64,000 nucleotides of DNA from Macrostomum lignano (taxonomy: Eukaryota): assembly GCA_002269645.1 (NCBI GenBank), contig NIVC01000272.1:376716-440715 (forward strand). The letters are read 5' to 3'. Both the position numbers and the translations under genes were made by a program. Each line of letters begins with the position of its first letter. Within the stretch, counting starts at the first letter, position 1. Below, one piece after another: positions 59,424-64,000 of this stretch. The notes beneath the pieces are model-generated. The model searched no databases. It saw only the letters and a program-made list of their open reading frames with translations, and was not told the DNA's origin.

Positions 59424-62400
59424 CTAGTACAGTACTGGGTCGCCGTAGCGAGCAGGCGGATTGTTTCTCCTAGGCCGAAGCCTGCGTGGCGAAGCCGGAG
59501 ATGCTGCAGCGTGAACCGGTTGGTCCTGCGGCGCTTGGATGTCTTGATGCACCGCCGCTGGCACATAGACAAACTGTGAGTCATCTCCATCCGAGTCGGG
59601 CTCCGACTCTTGCGGCTCTTCGCTCACAACAACAACAGCACGTTGCCCCTTCCGTTTTCTGCGGCTTTGCTTCGGCGGTCTTGAAGCCTGCAGCTCAACG
59701 GGACGTTGAGGCACTTTGCGAAGGTTGTTATAGTGCACCACCCTGCTTTTCCTACTGTTCTGATGGAGAATTCTGAAGTTAATGTCTGACAGCTTTTCTA
59801 CCACCTCGGCTGGGCCCTTCCAATAATTGTGAAATTTTGCCGCTTCGTTCGGCTGCAGGGCCGGCGAATATTCGAGTACCGAATCTCCTACTTCTATCGT
59901 CGGACCTCTCTAACCCTTGAGTCGTATATGATTTTCTGTTTTCGCTGGTAATGTTGCAGATTCTGCCTTACATGTGAATGTGCCTCCGCGAGCCTGTGCC
60001 CCAGAGACAACAGGTACTCCGGTGCATCAGCCGGTACTGCTTCCGGCAGGTTCCCAATATCGACTGGAAGGCGCATTTCTTTTGCGTACAACATGTAGTA
60101 CGGAGTGTACCCAGTGCCACGATGGACACTACTGCGGTAGGCGAGAAGTGATGGAGCGATCAGCTCCTCCCAATCACTCTCAGCCTCACTCTGCCGGCAT
60201 TTTATCATATTTTTTAGCGTTTTGTTAAAGCTTTCTGCCTGGCCATCGGCCATGGGATGATAGGCCGTTGTTCGGCATTTTTTAACAGCCATCAGCTGAC
60301 ACAGCTGCTTTACCAGCAATGACTCAAAGTTGGTGCCTTTGTCCGTCACAAGGAACTCGGGGCAACCAAACTGCGCTATCCAATTGTCGAAGATGGCCTT
60401 TGCCACCGTGCTCGCACGCTGATTTGAAAGTGCCACCGCAACTGGCCACTTAGTGAACGAGTCCTGGATGGTCAAAATGAATCTGGACCCATTCCTAGAT
60501 CGCGGCAATGGCCCGACGATGTCGCACATTATTCGCTGAAACGGAGCTTCTGACAGAATCGGGTGCAGCGGAGCTCGATTGGCCTGGCCTGGTTTTGACC
60601 GGGCACAATGCACACAGCTCTTGCAGTACTCCTCGATCTTTCTTGAAATTCCAGGCCACCAAAATCTAGCCTTCACCTTCTCCTGGGTCTTTTTTATCCC
60701 TAGGTGACCACCTGTGACTCCGTCATGCAACTCACTGAAGACCTTCTGAAACAAGCTCGGCGGCAAGATAATTTTCGGAACCTCAGACCCAGGACCTTGA
60801 AAAACCAGAACCTGCGCATCAAGCCTGATCAGCTGACGCTGAGACCACAGACACCTCTCCTCCCAGCACATCACCTGCGGTGGAGTTGACGCGTCGACAT
60901 GATCTGTCAAGAAATTATTGATGATCTTCAGCTTTGGCTCTGCTTCTTGAGCTGACTGTATATCTTCCTTCTGTAGCACACTCCGAAATATCGCATTGAC
61001 ACCATTGCTGCGCTGAGCCGGTGCGCAACTAGGACAAGTCTCATGCCCTGTGGGCCTTCGGTATTTCCGAGACAAAGAGTCTGCGTTGCCGTGATGTTTC
61101 CCGGCCCGGTGTTCTATAACAAAGTCATAGTTCTGCAGTGTTTCCAGCCATCGAGCACATTGACCCTCAACATCACGGATGCTGGCGAGCCACTGCAGGG
61201 CTTTGTGATCAGATCTCACAGTGAATTTTTTCCCGAGTAGATAGTACCGGTACTTTTTGATAAAGTGCACAATTGCCAACAGCTCGAAACGGGTGGTGCA
61301 GTAGTTTTTCTCGCTTGCCTGGATCATTCGAGATCCATAGGCTATCACCTTCTCAGACCCGTCCGACTGGCGCTGTGACAGCACCGCACCAAGCCCAATT
61401 CGAGAGCTGGCATCCGTGTCAAGAATAAACTCACCAGCGTTTGGCGAGAAGTCTGGAAAAGCCATAACGCTTGGCGAACACAGAGCCGCTTTCAGACTGT
61501 TGAACGACTGCTCTTGGGCTGGGCCCCATTTGAACTCGGCATCGTTCGCTACAAGTCTGTAGAGCGGAGCGGCAATCTCGGAAAAATTTGGAATGAAAGC
61601 TTTGTAGTAGACGCACAGTCCGAGAAACGATTGACTTTGGCCACACTGCAAGGCCTGGGCCAGTCCTGGATTTCGGCACACTTTTCTGGGTTCGTCGCTA
61701 TTCCATCCTTGGAGATCACGTGACCTAAGAAGCTAATCTTTTCGGCCAGAAAGACACATTTTGCTGGCTTCAGCTTGATGTTAGCTCTTCTAAGACATTG
61801 AAACACATGCTCAAGGCGTTCGAAGTGCTGCTGCACAGTCGTGGAGAAGACAACTATGTCGTCGAAGTAGACGAGGCATTCCTTCCAGTTGACTTCTGAC
61901 AGTGCCATGGACATGAGTCTCGTAAAGGTTGACGGGGCGTTTTTGAGCCCGAAACTCATGCACTTCCACGCAAACTGTCCCCGATTCGGCACCACGAAAG
62001 CGGTCTTTAACTGGTCTTTCGACTCCAGTGGGCACTGATGGTACCGGATGCCAGGTCCATCGTGGAAAAGATGCAGTTTCCCCGAGCGCATCAAGAGTCT
62101 CATCCATTCTGGGCGGAGGCAGAGGATCAGGCACGGTCACGCTGTTCAGGCGCCTGTAATCCAGACACATTCTGAGACTGCCATCCGACTTTCTAACCGG
62201 AACCACTGGGCTCGACCAGGGTGACTGACAGGGATAGATGCGGCCTTCAGCCAGCAGTTGATCAACCTGTTTATCAACCTCACTTCTCCAGTGCGGCGGG
62301 ATTCTGCGCAAGGGTTCAGTCACGGCTTCGCGTTACCCGTGTCGATTTCGTGTGCCATCAGATTCGTGAGCCCGAGTTCAGAGCTGTCTTTGGCAAAGAC

Positions 62401-63309
62401 GTCACGATTTTTGGCAACCAGGGAAACAAACTCTCTTGCCTCTGCGTCTGATAGGCCGCAGGCACCCCACTCTTTGACTTCGCTGAGGGGACTCCACAGC
62501 TCTCCTTCTGACTGGACGGCATTCAGCTGCAGCTCCGCTGGCTGCTGCGCAGAGACCGGCGAAAACCAGCCAACTCGAGTGCCCGCCTCATCGACAAACT
62601 GCACTCCGACGTGTTCAGAATCCTGACAGACAACTGACCCTCTTGATCAGGCAACTGCACCGATCTGGCCAGAAATGATCACCTGCTGCCCGACGCTCGG
62701 ACTCCACCATTCCAGGAAACTGAAATCCCCTCACCCCGGTCTCTGAAGGCGGACTGGGACCAGCTTCTCCTCACCGGCATCCATCCGGACAGCCTGGCGC
62801 AGCACGATGCGGCACACAAGAGGTCTGTCAGCACACAAACTGAAAGGAAAGACACACGATTCTGTCTGCAGGCAGTGTCTAGCGAAATCAATTATCATGC
62901 AATGTCTAATGAAAAAATCGGTTCCTAAAATGCATGGCTGTGAAATTTCATCGACAACTAAAAATTCGTGCTCGAATTTCGTCTCACCAATCGAAAAAGT
63001 CAGATTAATTCGGCCTAAAATTTGAATAGGCTCACCACTCGCTGTGTAAATTGAAAAATCAGTACTACAATTCTGAATTTTGTTCTTAATTTTGGCGGAT
63101 TCTAAGAAACGACTACTAAGTAATGACACTGTGGACCCGCTGTCCAGCAAACAAGCAACCAAGGGCCCAGATTCAAACTTTGCGTCAATATAACCCAGTC
63201 CAGTTCCACCCAGCACACTCTGGATCTGGGTTGTGGGCCCTGGCGCTTCTTCAATCACTGCAGACGGGGCCCGGGACGCTGGCCTGGCCGGGCCCCCATC
63301 CCGTTTCCC
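59424..63309 (-). pseudogene. pol: Gypsy pol (protease, RT, RNase H, integrase), several 1-nt frameshifts
   Basis: LLDSGST, SPVVPVRKSDG, YFDD, ILDTDAS, HDGVTGGH..C..C, CDIVGPL, TDKGTNF, YHPMADG. Confidence 0.95.
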
Positions 63310-64000
63310 TGACTCTGAGTAGCCTGCTGACTCTGGCACCTGGAACGAGTGTGGCCCTGCTGGCCGCAGGCAAGGCAAACTACTCGATTCCTACAGTCCG
63401 CCGTTGAGTGCCCCATCTGAAGACACCTCCCACAGGTTCTGCCCGCCTGAGGCGCGGCTGCCGGCTGCTGCGGATTCGGCTGCACCGCCGAGGCCGACGC
63501 CCCTCCTTGCTTCAGCTGCGCGATCTCTGCCTTCAAGCTGTCGATCTCCGCAGCCATGCGAGCTGTCTGACTGTCCGCTGCAGCAGCTGCCGCCTGACTG
63601 TTCACCACGTGGACTGATCGCTTTCCCTCCAGCAGCTTCATCGATGCGAGAGTCTGGCGCACTCGCTGGATCGCGGCCTGCAGCGTGTCAGGGTCTTGCA
63701 GCAAGACATTCTCAAGCACCCTGTCCGGAACTCGAATCCCCTTTAAGAATCGGTCTTTTGCTAGCTCATCCCTTTGCTCCCCTGGCAGAGCCGGATATGC
63801 CTTACGCATGAGCTCCCTGAGAGCGTCAGCGTAATCCTCTAGTGCTTCCCCCTCTCTCTGACTCCTGTTTTGAAATTCTGTCTTGTAGTCCTGGGGTGTG
63901 CGATTCTGACTGAAGCGAGCCTCCAGCTCTCCACAAACTCTACGTAGTCCAAGTCATCATCCAGCTCGAGATTGGCCACTGCTTTAAAAGCCGTGCCAAA
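63255..64000 (-). CDS. gag: Gypsy gag C-terminal part (runs off the window)
   Basis: Two CCHC knuckles (CGRCLQMGHSTADC, CLACGQQGHTRSRC). Confidence 0.92.
63266..63309 (-). promoter_or_regulatory. -1 programmed ribosomal frameshift signal
   Basis: G_GGA_AAC slippery site, 6-nt spacer, 9-bp stem GGGGCCCGG/CCGGGCCCC; the pol ORF is in the -1 frame. Confidence 0.85.

Overview
Eukaryotic (probably invertebrate animal) transposon-dense region. No rRNA, tRNA, CRISPR or clear host housekeeping gene was seen. (1) At least three nested copies of a Ty3/Gypsy LTR family carry a tandem array of 3-5 paralogous intronless double-RING zinc-finger genes between integrase and the PPT/3' LTR (3.2-5.4 kb, 30.7-35.0 kb, 36.4-38.6 kb). 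(2) A Polinton/Maverick-like viral element at 7250-23250 has AGTAGT termini. It encodes a protein-primed PolB, packaging ATPase, PLA2X, dUTPase, deoxynucleoside kinase, a TBP-like protein and a spliced SSB-like gene; its right side is an inverted copy of its left end, and no capsid, protease or integrase gene is visible. (3) A Ngaro/DIRS tyrosine-recombinase retrotransposon is inserted in a RING gene and partly duplicated. (4) A gag / class-III-like env / pol chimera lies at 46.8-53.0 kb. (5) A second Gypsy with a -1 frameshift signal and a 442-bp LTR lies at 57.7-64 kb. (6) There are 34-bp, 30-bp, 21-bp, (GTCT)n and (GA)n tandem arrays. Essentially all retroelement pieces are on the minus strand. 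Many single-base frameshifts could be decay or assembly error. Protein family calls are by-eye motif recognition, not database searches.
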